Notes under the pieces: model-generated | Seen by the model: only the letters and a program-made list of their open reading frames with translations | The model's database searches: none | What the model was told of the DNA's origin: nothing | Assembly (NCBI GenBank): GCA_002633005.1 | Contig: NMRA01000856.1 | Location: 1-64,000, forward strand | Origin: Phoronis australis | Lineage: Eukaryota; Animalia; Phoronida | DNA: 64,000 nucleotides | Direction of reading: 5' to 3' | Translations under genes and position numbers: made by a program | Shown: piece after piece, positions 25,871 through 36,105 of the stretch | Numbering within the stretch: the first letter of the stretch is position 1 | Layout: the number at the start of each line of letters is the position of its first letter

Positions 25871-27557
25871 CAGTGAGTGTACCTAAGGTGCGAAGATTTG
25901 TGCCCAACACCTTCTGTGAACCCACTCGCAGAAGGTAATTAAGATAATTTCATTTCCCTTACCAACAAGAACACTGAAACTACCAGCGACTCGTGAACAC
26001 GCTTCAAAGCTCATTGGGTTGAGACAACCCTAAATTTGACTAATTCCATTTTAGTTTTTCATCCAACTGAATAGGACGAAACGCAGCTTTAAGTGATTTG
26101 AATCAGTCATAATGACAGTGATATTCTTCTCCACTCATAACTCAATTTGTTTAATTCTCTCCATTAACGACACTCTTTCAGCTTCATATTGGTAAAAAAA
26201 ATCAAAACAAATTTTAACGCAAACCAGTTTATCAAAAACGTATTCAGAAATAACGCTCTTTCAACACAACTTCAATTTTATAAATAAACTTTACTTATTA
26301 GCGAATTTAATAGTGAATTTCCGGATGGTTTACCAACAAAATGGACGCCACAATGAAATGCTACTGAACTTCAAATTCCATGAATTTATACAAAAATATA
26401 TACAGGATTGTAGCTTGCGAAATGCTCCTACTATTCTGATATCTTTCGATTTGTTAGATTAATCAAATGTTCTTACTTCAGTTTCTTGTATGTTTGCAGT
26501 GTGCATAGTCTACGATTCATCAATATTATAGGTGACCGTAGTCTACGATTCACCAATATTATAGCTTTTAAGATATTTTTAATGCTCAGAAATTACGTTT
26601 TAATCCTTCTTCATAAATATTCATACATCCAATTAATATGCGTGCACACTCACTACTAACTAGGGTGTTATTACATTTGGACACCCCGTAATTATTTTCA
26701 GAAAACGCCCACAGCGCAAGTGTTATTTACAAACATTACACAAAGTTTACATAAATAAATGGTAAAGGTACACTGATATCACACCTGACCATTCATTCTT
26801 TTGCTGCGTGGAGACGTTAAGAAAAAGACACGCGTAGAACTATCAATATAAGATGTCTTTATTAGAAGGCCTAATTAATTTGAAATAGGATTGAATGTGC
26901 CTTCAGCGTTGGCAATTTTCATCCTTTTCCATCAATCTTAGTGTTTAATTTCACCATTGTCACATGACCTGTTGCGCTCGTCTCATAACCAGATCTGATA
27001 ACGCTGCTCTTCAGAAATTTTATATTATTTAATTTGTGGAGAGAACGGATCATGGTAAGTTGGCGCGTACAGTCACACGGAAAGCCACTTGTTGATTGTA
27101 TTGTTTTAGTAGTAGCGGCACGCGATTTGACGGCGTCTGATCGCTACGCTAATATGATGAAGCCGGGTAATTTAGAACTCATATAGAATCAATGTGTGTT
27201 CACGACACGGGTATCATTAAACAATACTTAGCCTTTCTGTGTGAATTTCAACAATATTCAAACACATTGGTTTATGTTACACGCAGATGTTCGCGACTAC
27301 AACCGCGATTTAGCTGCGAGTGCGCACACTTGTCTCCTGCTATTGTTCCATGGTCACAAGTCTCCTTTGTTACTAAACTGTCCTTCTTTGTCCTCTCTGA
27401 AAAAACGTGAAAACACCCGCAACAAATGTGGGTGATGGTGTCGGTTATCCGACACCCACTTTTTATGTGACTAGATTCCTGGTCATTAACGACAACAGAA
27501 ACTCTTCGATCCTACGGGCGCCGTTTCCCTGCGCGTGACATTGTCTCGTTGAACCAT

Positions 27558-27692
27558 TGTTTACACTTTCGCCCAATGGTTTTCATAACCCCTCAACAGC
27601 GGTCACGTGATCAACCATAATCTCGTGGTGGTATATAAACGGGAAGCAAGAAACTGCTCACCACTTCTTGTCAACAGAAATCCAATTCACAA
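27558..27692 (+). promoter_or_regulatory. Core promoter of the divergent FoxG
   Basis: Forkhead site TGTTTAC (27558), CCAAT (about 27573), E-box CACGTG (27604), TATATAAA (27632-27639), about 110 bp upstream of the ATG. Confidence 0.6.
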
Positions 27693-27745
27693 GTTTGTGA
27701 CACTGCAGATAAGTGAGCGATAAAACTGTTAAAGATATTTCTGAA

Positions 27746-28492
27746 ATGGCGCACATTAACGCTGTTCACGGTGACACAGAGGCCGACGATGAATTCATAG
27801 ATGTCGTCAACGAGCCTTTCGAAGACAAGAGCAAAAGCAGACGAGAGAAGTGCAGAAAGACTGATGGAAACCAGGAACATTCCAAGCCAGCTTACAGTTA
27901 CAACGCTCTCATAATGATGGCGATTTCCAACCAAACGGACAAGAAGATAACGCTAAGCGGTATTTATGAATATATACAAGCCAATTTTCCGTATTATAAA
28001 GACAATAAGCACGGATGGCAAAACTCTATACGACACAACCTAAGTCTAAACAAATGTTTCGTGAAAGTTCCTCGTCGCTATGATGACCCAGGTAAGGGCC
28101 ATTATTGGACTCTCGACCCCTGCTGTGATGACATTTACATTGGCGGAACGACCGGGAAGTTACGAAGGCGTCCGAGCAACATTAGCAGGCGTGTCGTGCG
28201 TCAGGCAATCTACAATACACATTTTTCTTTGCCAACGAGGCCTCTGCAACTGCTTCCGACACCGCGTGTACGAAATGAACCTGTTCACGTGCGACCTCTA
28301 CCGCCGAGCAAGACTGACTTCTCTATTGAAAGTTTGCTGGCGCGTGAATCACACAAGCCACCAAGACCGGAGTATTTCTATGTTCCAACTAATTTATATT
28401 CAGGACTTTCGCCGTATTCTTCACCAAATGCTTATCCTAGCTCGTTTTCAAGCATGAATTCACGGATATTTTTACCTTCTTTCGTGTGCTAA
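27746..28492 (+). CDS. foxG: Forkhead box G transcription factor, divergent paralog (248 aa, intronless)
   Basis: Complete forkhead domain [14 protein letters not shown]...[31 protein letters not shown] with the FoxG-diagnostic [11 protein letters not shown] tail, and C-terminal eh1 FSIESLL. First ATG is 27746; the track's start at 27713 is a GTG directly after a TAA. Confidence 0.92.
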   Translation: MAHINAVHGDTEADDEFIDVVNEPFEDKSKSRREKCRKTDGNQEHSKPAYSYNALIMMAISNQTDKKITLSGIYEYIQANFPYYKDNKHGWQNSIRHNLSLNKCFVKVPRRYDDPGKGHYWTLDPCCDDIYIGGTTGKLRRRPSNISRRVVRQAIYNTHFSLPTRPLQLLPTPRVRNEPVHVRPLPPSKTDFSIESLLARESHKPPRPEYFYVPTNLYSGLSPYSSPNAYPSSFSSMNSRIFLPSFVC

Positions 28493-28964
28493 AACTGAAC
28501 TGTAATTAAAATGTGTAAATTTCGTTGATGGCACTGTTAAATTATGATTTGTATCCGCGATCATTTTTTATAAAATGTTGTATCTTTTAAAGTTTGTTTT
28601 TATTTTTGTATTGTCCATGTTCTTCCCAAACGCAACAAATTAACAGGTTCCATAGTCCTGCCCGCCTCAACGGACATGACCAAAATGCGCTGTCTGCATT
28701 TGGTTGGTCTGCCTAACGACATCCTAGGGCCTTCTAGTGTTTTTGATCAGTACAAACTTAATACCTTGCAAGCATTGCAAAATAAGTTATACTGTGACAG
28801 TCACTGCCTATTCATCTCATTCTTTGGAAAACGACTTGACCTGAGTTTTTTTGTTTTTGTTACCAATTTACAGTTTAGTTGACGGGACCGTTTTTCTTCA
28901 TCTTTGTTTTCGTTTTAGACAGACACAACACCTGTTTCCTGAGAGAGTCATTGACACTCTAACA

Positions 28965-29873
28965 GTAAACAACCCTACACGTAATGTAATCAAAGTACTG
29001 ACGTGTGTTCACTACATCTACTTCGTTTTACCTGAGACGACAAAACATGTTTACAATTGGAAATTTTGCGATTAATCTTAACTTCTTTTATAGAAATTTA
29101 CAAACTCACCCAAACACATGGTGGTAATTACCTGAATCCGTGCTCACAAAACCAAAGTGCAACTAGGTGAGTTCCATAAACATAGCTGACGTACCTGCTA
29201 GATATATTTTATCAAGGACGCAATAGGGTTCTAGGTTTTATAAAGTGTTGCGCTATATCTTATTTCAATACACGTGGATTTGTATATGGTAACTTAACAA
29301 GCATTTTGACAGATATTACTATTTGTGTAAATTAGTTGACTATTTTAGTAAGTGTAAGCTAAACACATTTCCTGCAGTCCAAAACGTTTTTACTTTAATG
29401 GTAAGAATCATGACGAATGCTGCTGCATAATACATTTCTAACTTTTAAATAATGCAGCCGTTTCCCTGCAGTTCTCAGGTAAATTACTGAGTGGTTACTC
29501 ACCTCTGACAAACGAACTTGTGACCACAGCCATGGCACGTCGTTGACTTCAAAGACATGCATTGTTTACTGTGCAGGTACTTTGTTATTACTACAATCCT
29601 TCCCTGTATTTCACCAAGTTAACCAAATGAAAACAAATAAACATCGGCGACGACTGCTGACTGCTTGCTGTTTTGTTCCAATTATTTTCCGTTGCAAAAC
29701 AAACGGAAAACGACAGACAGTTCGTAAACAAAATCTCAAATGAGATAGGACACAAATTCTTAAATCGGCTTTATCATGGTTCATACACCATGGGTTCGTA
29801 CATCATTTACGAGCTCTGTCGGCAATAATTATACAGTAAAGGAGACACTTCCCGATTTTGTTTATTTGTTTAC
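28965..29873. promoter_or_regulatory. Cluster of five perfect forkhead sites (GTAAACA/TGTTTAC) between the FoxG paralogs
   Basis: Sites at 28965, 29048, 29563, 29724 and 29867, plus ATAAACA/TGTTTAT variants near 29177, 29637 and 29859. Confidence 0.4.
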
Positions 29874-30006
29874 ATTACGATTACTGGCTTGGGTTAATCA
29901 GTACGTAAGAGGCGACCAGCGGTCGCGCGACGTACTTGTAAGTAGTGGCGGATCTTTGTGAAGGTAAATAACGCGTAAAGCTTCAGGTCCACATCATTGG
30001 AGGACT

Positions 30007-30442
30007 CTGTGCCGGTTCCATGAAACAGTCCCAAATAGGGACTCAACAAAGTTTCGATAAATCTGTTGTGTATTTGTTTCGTTCTTTACTCACGGGTGAA
30101 ATATTTTTTCCGTCATTTTATCTTTATTATGAGCTCCTCTTTGATTAATGACAATTACTAATAATATAACTAAAAACCATGCCAAGCCGTTAATTCAGTC
30201 AAAATAATTAGGGACTTAGTCTTTAAATTAGGGGCGTTGCATGGAAGGATTCCTACTTATTTTCAATAATATTGAGAATTCAACGTTGAGTTCACTTGAT
30301 TGACTTAGTAATGAGACTCAAACAGCAGAAGAAAGGACAGCCAGTGTTTTCACAAGTACACATTCAAATACTCACTAGATTAAGGGAACCTAGCAAATTT
30401 AGTTGAGTCCCAATTTGAGACTGTTTCATCCAACCGGCACAG
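30007..30442. mobile_element. MITE with about 45-bp TIRs, Harbinger-like
   Basis: ctgtgccggttccatgaaacagtcccaaatagggactcaac / gttgagtcccaatttgagactgtttcatccaaccggcacag. Confidence 0.75.
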
Positions 30443-31994
30443 AATGCACGTGTCGACGACGACGATATATATTGTGACACACGGCACATATTGTCGCCCG
30501 GACGACGGTATATGTCGAGTACGACAATAAATGTCATTTATCAGGAACCCGCATGAAATAGCAAGTGCACCTCAGTGAGAGCGACTAGGGGCCACACTAA
30601 CGCAGTGGTCTAAATAAAACATTACAGGGCGCTTGGGAACCTGGACAAAGACAGCGCAGAACGTATTGAGACCAATATTAGGAGGCATTCACCCACTAGA
30701 CTTGACTACCAAGGAGCGGAATAGGTGGGTATCAACGCGGAATGGGAGGAGAATGTGCAGGAGTGTGCTAGTATAGGTGTGCACTGGGGCCGAATGGGTG
30801 GCGACCGGGGCTGGGGCGAAATGGTCAGGGCTGTGGCGAAATGGTAAGGGCTGTGGCGGATCTTTACTTTTGGGGGCCCAAAGTTTGACCACTCCCAGAA
30901 CCTTTGGGACCAGGAAACTGTCTACTCCACCCAATCCGCTTGTCACCCATTCCATTCTCTCGTTCTCTATCCACTCCGCTCCCTTCCCTCCGTGGTTACC
31001 CATGGCCCATCCCATTGTACAGCCACCGNTACCACCCACTACTGGTCACACACACCAATGAAACTGTCCCAGCCACTGGTTCCAGGATGATCTGCGCTCT
31101 GTATTATGTAAGCGCTCACACTCTTTGTCCCGTCTTTCATGCTTCAGGCCCTCGAGAACGTGGGTCCGCCGCTATATTTAATGCGAGATCTGATTCAAAA
31201 TTCATACTGTAAATTTACTTAAGAATTCAGTTCATTGGAAATGAAGCAGTGAAATAAAAAATTGAACAGGAAATTCACATATATATTCCTAATCTATCCC
31301 TATTCAATAATACAAGAAAGTCTTTTTGATCGATTGTTGCTGTCCAATGGATATACCTCACTGAGCAAATGGGGGCGCTAGTGGTTAGTACTGAATTTCT
31401 GTAAATTGAGACCTGAACCAGTTGGACTAAAGCGTTTGAGTAACATTTGGCGCACAACCTTTAATTGGCCAACACACTTCTCCGTGTGTTCGTTCATTAA
31501 CAACATCATATAACGCCAACCAAAAAGTAAACATTTGAAATCCTCGATAGGTGCAGTAATTATCTCTCTAAACATCGTGACCGCCCTTCTTACAAGTGAA
31601 CAGACAACGTTGATCTCCGTTACCGCTTTTTGCATCACTTGTTGATTGACTACTAAGCTGGAATATCACGCGATTATTGTAGGAGGTTGGTGTGGTAAAA
31701 TTACTGCCTTTTGAGACACAGATTAGACGACTCAATGAGAGTACGGCGTGACGGACTTCATTTCACCAAAGTCATTGCTATTATTTTCTTGTGTTCCCTC
31801 CACTGTAGAACCACAACGTGCCATACACATTATAAACACACTGCACAAATGAAAGCACGATAACAGAAGAGTGATAAAAGCTACTAATAAATTGATTTCA
31901 TTGTTAATATTCTTGTTGTTGTCGTTATTCTAGTCAAAAAGTGATTATTATTATTGTTATTGTTGTTGTTGTTGTTGCTGTTGATATCATTTTC

Positions 31995-32400
31995 CGTGCC
32001 AAGCATCCATCCCGGACTGTGGTGTGGACCTATGTGCCTGGTCATGCCGGCATCCAGTTGAATAAAAGAGCGGATTACCTAGCTTGGGTATCCAACGACA
32101 ACAGTCCTCTCAATCTGTACATGTATGTCTATGACATCTAGCTTTTGGCTGGGCACTCTTCCTCCGTCAACAAGAAACAATGATTGTCTACCTCGTCGAC
32201 GGGACCCGCAGCCTGAACTCTGAATTGCGACCTGCGCCTCAAGGCGGTCCAGGGGCATACAGAGGCGACTGAAAAACCAACAACTAACGATCAACATCAA
32301 TATCAGGAGTTTGCGTCTGCTGCTGTTAGGATGGAAATGTAGTGAGGCGATTAGTGCCGCCGCACATCGGCTATGATCCTGTCTACGACAAGTAATTTGC
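31995..32400 (+). mobile_element. Non-LTR retrotransposon 3' fragment (RNase H), flanked by (TTA/TTG)n tracts
   Basis: TVVWTYVPGHAGIQLNKRADYLA RNase H motif. Simple-repeat tracts at about 31940-31985 and 32405-32490. Confidence 0.7.
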
Positions 32401-34858
32401 AGGTAATTGTTATCGTTATTGTTATTTATTGTTTTTATTATTATTATTATGTGTTTATTACTTATTGTTGTTGTTGTTACTGTTGTTGTTAGCAAACATT
32501 GGCTTTAATGCAGCTGTTGGTAATTCTATCATTATTCTTGTCAATTGTTGATCACCATTCTTAACAAACGATGGCCGCTGTGTGCTGGTTATGCACAGTT
32601 TGGAGATATGCCATCAGCCAAGAAGCATTAAGTGCAATGTGAAACGCACTGTCGCGTCTTAGTTGGACTTCGCCAACGTATGGATTTCAGTGTAGTGACT
32701 AAAACGATTCACTCGGCCGACTTGCAAAATAGAAATAATCGAGTGAAAAGTACCAATAGTTTAACATTTTGCTCATATCACGGGACAAACAAAGTGACGA
32801 AAACACCACTTGTCAGGTTTATGGCTGAAACAAAATCACATTTTATGTAAAACGAGTTATTCCACGTCACCAATAGGTGGTGTTAATACGGAATATTGCA
32901 AGGGACAAGCACCAACGACACATTCCAGATCACACTTTCGCTCAGCAAAAACGTGTTTAGTGCTGTGTTCAAGGAGTGAAAACAATTCCATGATCGGACG
33001 TATCGAATTTTCTGTTATGATCCCCTATAACTCTACACTCGAACCAACTGACACTTAACCAGCGGTACAAAATCCATACACCGACCGTACTCGGTTAAAA
33101 CACCATACGCACCAAAAATGCTCCATATACGATCTGACCAAAATCCAGTCGAGGTGACCAGATTCCGTCTGTCCCTCAGATTTCAGCTGTCCATGCATGC
33201 GTCTGTTTATCGAAAACTCTATTGTCTTTTAGCTAAAGACCAGTCTGCCTGTTCCACGGATACAGAAAATCTGTTTACAACTCGAAGTCAAAAGACAGAA
33301 ATCCGTTGTGTGCTCAACTAGACTGAAAAGAAAACGTATCGAGAAACACAAAAGACGAAAATCAACCATTGGCTATTCGTATTCAGATTTCTGACTTTTG
33401 GCTGAAGTCAAAACACATCGGATAGTCTCCTTGAGGACTAGAGGTACGACCATGGGATATGATCCCGGGGACTGGAGTTTGATCACCGGGTATGAAACAT
33501 TTTTGTAATGTGTTTGCGTGTGGAGTTCACGGCTGTCTCAGGATTTGTACGCGGTCTTGCGGATTGTAGTTGGAATTTAGAGGCTCCAGGTAATGTAACA
33601 ATCTCCACCCTAGATGTTTGTTTAAGTTAAAAGTATCCATTAGCGGCACGTCATCCTCACCTTGGCATAAAGAACGTGTATCATTTCACCTGAAGTTGTG
33701 GCTACGCTGTTTTACAATGAAAATAAACAGCATTGTCATCTACAATACCCATTTTGTCATTTAGTATCTTGGGCAACTAAGCCTCGTTAACAGTTTTACC
33801 ACAATGTGTTGTCGTAACACCAGACGGCAGTGGTTAGCTGCACTTTTACTAATATACAGCAAAGATCGAAAATGCTTTTAAATAGTTGGCAGACAAACGT
33901 AGAAACGTACATTTTGAAATATGCACAAGGTTTCTGCAATATTTGATTTAATAATAAAAAATTAGGAACAAAGGATATTGTATCCCTCTGTGGAATATAC
34001 CGTTTGAAATAGGAAATTTTAAATATGTGTTTACATAATACAATTAGCAACCAAGTAAAGACAACGTGTCCAGCTGTAACAAAAGATATCTGATATAAAC
34101 ATTTTTGGTATTACTCCGGAAATGTTGAAACTGGTAATATTACATCTCAGAAATGTAGGATTCGTTAGAACCTTTACTTAATACCGTGACTGATTTATGC
34201 TCTATCTCCTTTTAGAATTAGTTGACGTGCTTCAGTTCAACCAAGAACAATCGAGATTGGTACGCAAAAATCAATGTTACTTAAAATAAAATATCAAAAA
34301 TGTTTTTGACATTGCATTTAAGATATTGTCAAAAGAAATAAGGTCCCGTTATTGATACGGTCGTTTAACAATGAATGTACTTTTCGTTTTTGCTGGTTGG
34401 CAATAAACGAGCAAAATGGAATGAATCTACACAATTTGTACTTTTAGGAAATATACACTTTGCTGAGTACAGTTCAATACTTTGCAAATATTTTACTTTT
34501 GAAAGGGACAAACTTGTTGTTAAGATATCACAGCTGTCGAGTACCAAGTGGCAAGCCATGTTACATGGGCCTCACCGTTCATGCCGTTTCCCCGAGTTTG
34601 GAATGAACATTGCACAGTGGCGAAATGTAGACCGCTACTGACAGGCATCAACTCTAAACAATGCGGTAGATATACTTTTACTACGAGCGACCGGTTTTGG
34701 TCGGCAGAGACATGAATTCAGAGACTGAATAGAAGTCATTAGACGGTGCTGTGACGGGCATCGAGAGAGACTTTAGGGCAGCCAAACGACGTATTCACAA
34801 AATCAAAACAAGTGAACCAGATTTCTAAATGTTACAAGATCAGCAGCGATTAGGTCTC

Positions 34859-35025
34859 AAGTGTAAACACAGCTCCCCACAAATGGAAACAGCGATTGGG
34901 CAATATGAAAATGGGCGGAGTTGAGTCACACCTGATTGGTTGGTTGATAGCAGCCCAGCAGTCAAGTGGAAAATGTGAGCGCATGAAATATTCAGCGATA
35001 GTCTTGTGAGGTCCAATTCACAATA
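34859..35025 (+). promoter_or_regulatory. Proximal promoter / 5' UTR of the canonical FoxG
   Basis: GTAAACA forkhead site (34863), two reverse CCAAT boxes (gattgg near 34894 and 34934), GC box gggcgg (about 34913), TGAGTCA (34922). No TATA box. Confidence 0.5.
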
Positions 35026-36105
35026 ATGACGGGAGAAGAGCAGAACTCGACAAAGCGTTCGAGCAACTTCACTATTAGCAGTATGCTTGGAGAGAAGGAA
35101 GACAGTGTGGTCCGTCATGACGACTTAGAATGCCCGACTCTGAGCCCGGAACAGCCTCTAGAGCCGGCTGATGGAGAGCAAGAAATTGGCGATAAAAACG
35201 ATGAAAACAAATCGCAGGTGTCTCCCGACGGTGTGTCGCGTGGGGAGAAACCGCCCTTTAGCTACAACGCACTCATAATGATGGCGATACGGTCAAGCCC
35301 GGAGAAGAGACTGACTTTGAACGGAATTTACGAGTTTATCATGAAAAACTTTCCTTACTATAGAGAGAATAAGCAGGGTTGGCAGAACTCCATTAGACAC
35401 AATTTGAGCTTGAACAAATGTTTCGTCAAAGTTCCCCGTCACTACGACGACCCTGGGAAGGGTAACTATTGGATGTTAGACCCCTCGAGCGACGACGTAT
35501 TCATCGGGGGAACTACGGGAAAATTACGGCGCCGTTCAACAGCCGCATCGAGGAGCCGTCTCGCAGCTTTTCGCCGATCTGGACTGCCGCCAATGTCGCC
35601 AATGCCATTTGGATTTGCCGCGGCCGACGCTAAATCTCTGTGGCCTACAATGGGACCCATGTCTCCGTTTTTGTCACTGTCTCAGCAATATGCCTCGTCG
35701 CAGTTACGATATCCGTACAGTGGACTGGTATTGCCGTCACCATCGACGCTGGCCCGACCCGAGGCCATTAGCCCACCCAGTAGTAGCTTTTCCATGGACA
35801 GATTGTTATCGAATGACACTGGTATGAAACTAGACGCGCTCCGACCACCGGTCAGCTTGTCCAGCGGCTTAGCTTCTCCTACAAGCTCGGTAAACCCTGC
35901 CTCGTTTATGTCTCACCCTGGCCTAAGTTATCTATATCCACAGCTGGCCGGCTTAACGCCGGCTTATGACGCTTATTTGAGGCGATTAGCCACGTTTAGC
36001 TCAAACGCCGGACTCACGCCAACGTTAACGCCGCCAGCAGTGGCGTTTCCTGGCGCTAGTTTACTAGCCTCTCCACAGACACCTATCTTAGCAAGGAACG
36101 CGTGA
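35026..36105 (+). CDS. foxG: Forkhead box G transcription factor (FoxG1/BF-1/sloppy-paired ortholog), canonical copy, 359 aa, intronless
   Basis: Forkhead domain [99 protein letters not shown], nearly identical to vertebrate FOXG1. N-terminal eh1 FTISSML and second eh1-like FSMDRLL. Confidence 0.98.
   Translation: MTGEEQNSTKRSSNFTISSMLGEKEDSVVRHDDLECPTLSPEQPLEPADGEQEIGDKNDENKSQVSPDGVSRGEKPPFSYNALIMMAIRSSPEKRLTLNGIYEFIMKNFPYYRENKQGWQNSIRHNLSLNKCFVKVPRHYDDPGKGNYWMLDPSSDDVFIGGTTGKLRRRSTAASRSRLAAFRRSGLPPMSPMPFGFAAADAKSLWPTMGPMSPFLSLSQQYASSQLRYPYSGLVLPSPSTLARPEAISPPSSSFSMDRLLSNDTGMKLDALRPPVSLSSGLASPTSSVNPASFMSHPGLSYLYPQLAGLTPAYDAYLRRLATFSSNAGLTPTLTPPAVAFPGASLLASPQTPILARNA

Noticed and set aside
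27434-27474. Hairpin ggtgtcgg-ttat-ccgacacc followed by CTAG as a Helitron 3' end or terminator
   Set aside because: CTAG is followed by A rather than T, no 5' end was found, and an 8-bp stem can occur by chance; intrinsic terminators do not apply to animal Pol II genes.
27713-27745. N-terminal extension of the divergent FoxG given by the ORF track
   Set aside because: Starts at GTG, not ATG; the first ATG in good context (gaaATGG) is at 27746.
30689-31061. GC-rich ORFs with ggcgaaatgg repeats
   Set aside because: Short internal tandem repeats typical of a non-autonomous transposon; ends could not be defined and no protein similarity is recognisable.
33425-33500. tRNA-like segment (ggactagaggt...ggagtttgatcaccggg)
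   Set aside because: Boxes are degenerate and there is no cloverleaf; at most a SINE relic, not a tRNA gene.
27671-35827. Antisense and alternative-frame ORFs overlapping the FoxG genes (27671-27934, 28080-28457, 34840-35118, 35466-35660, 35609-35827)
   Set aside because: Shadow ORFs of GC-richer coding sequence with no recognisable motifs.
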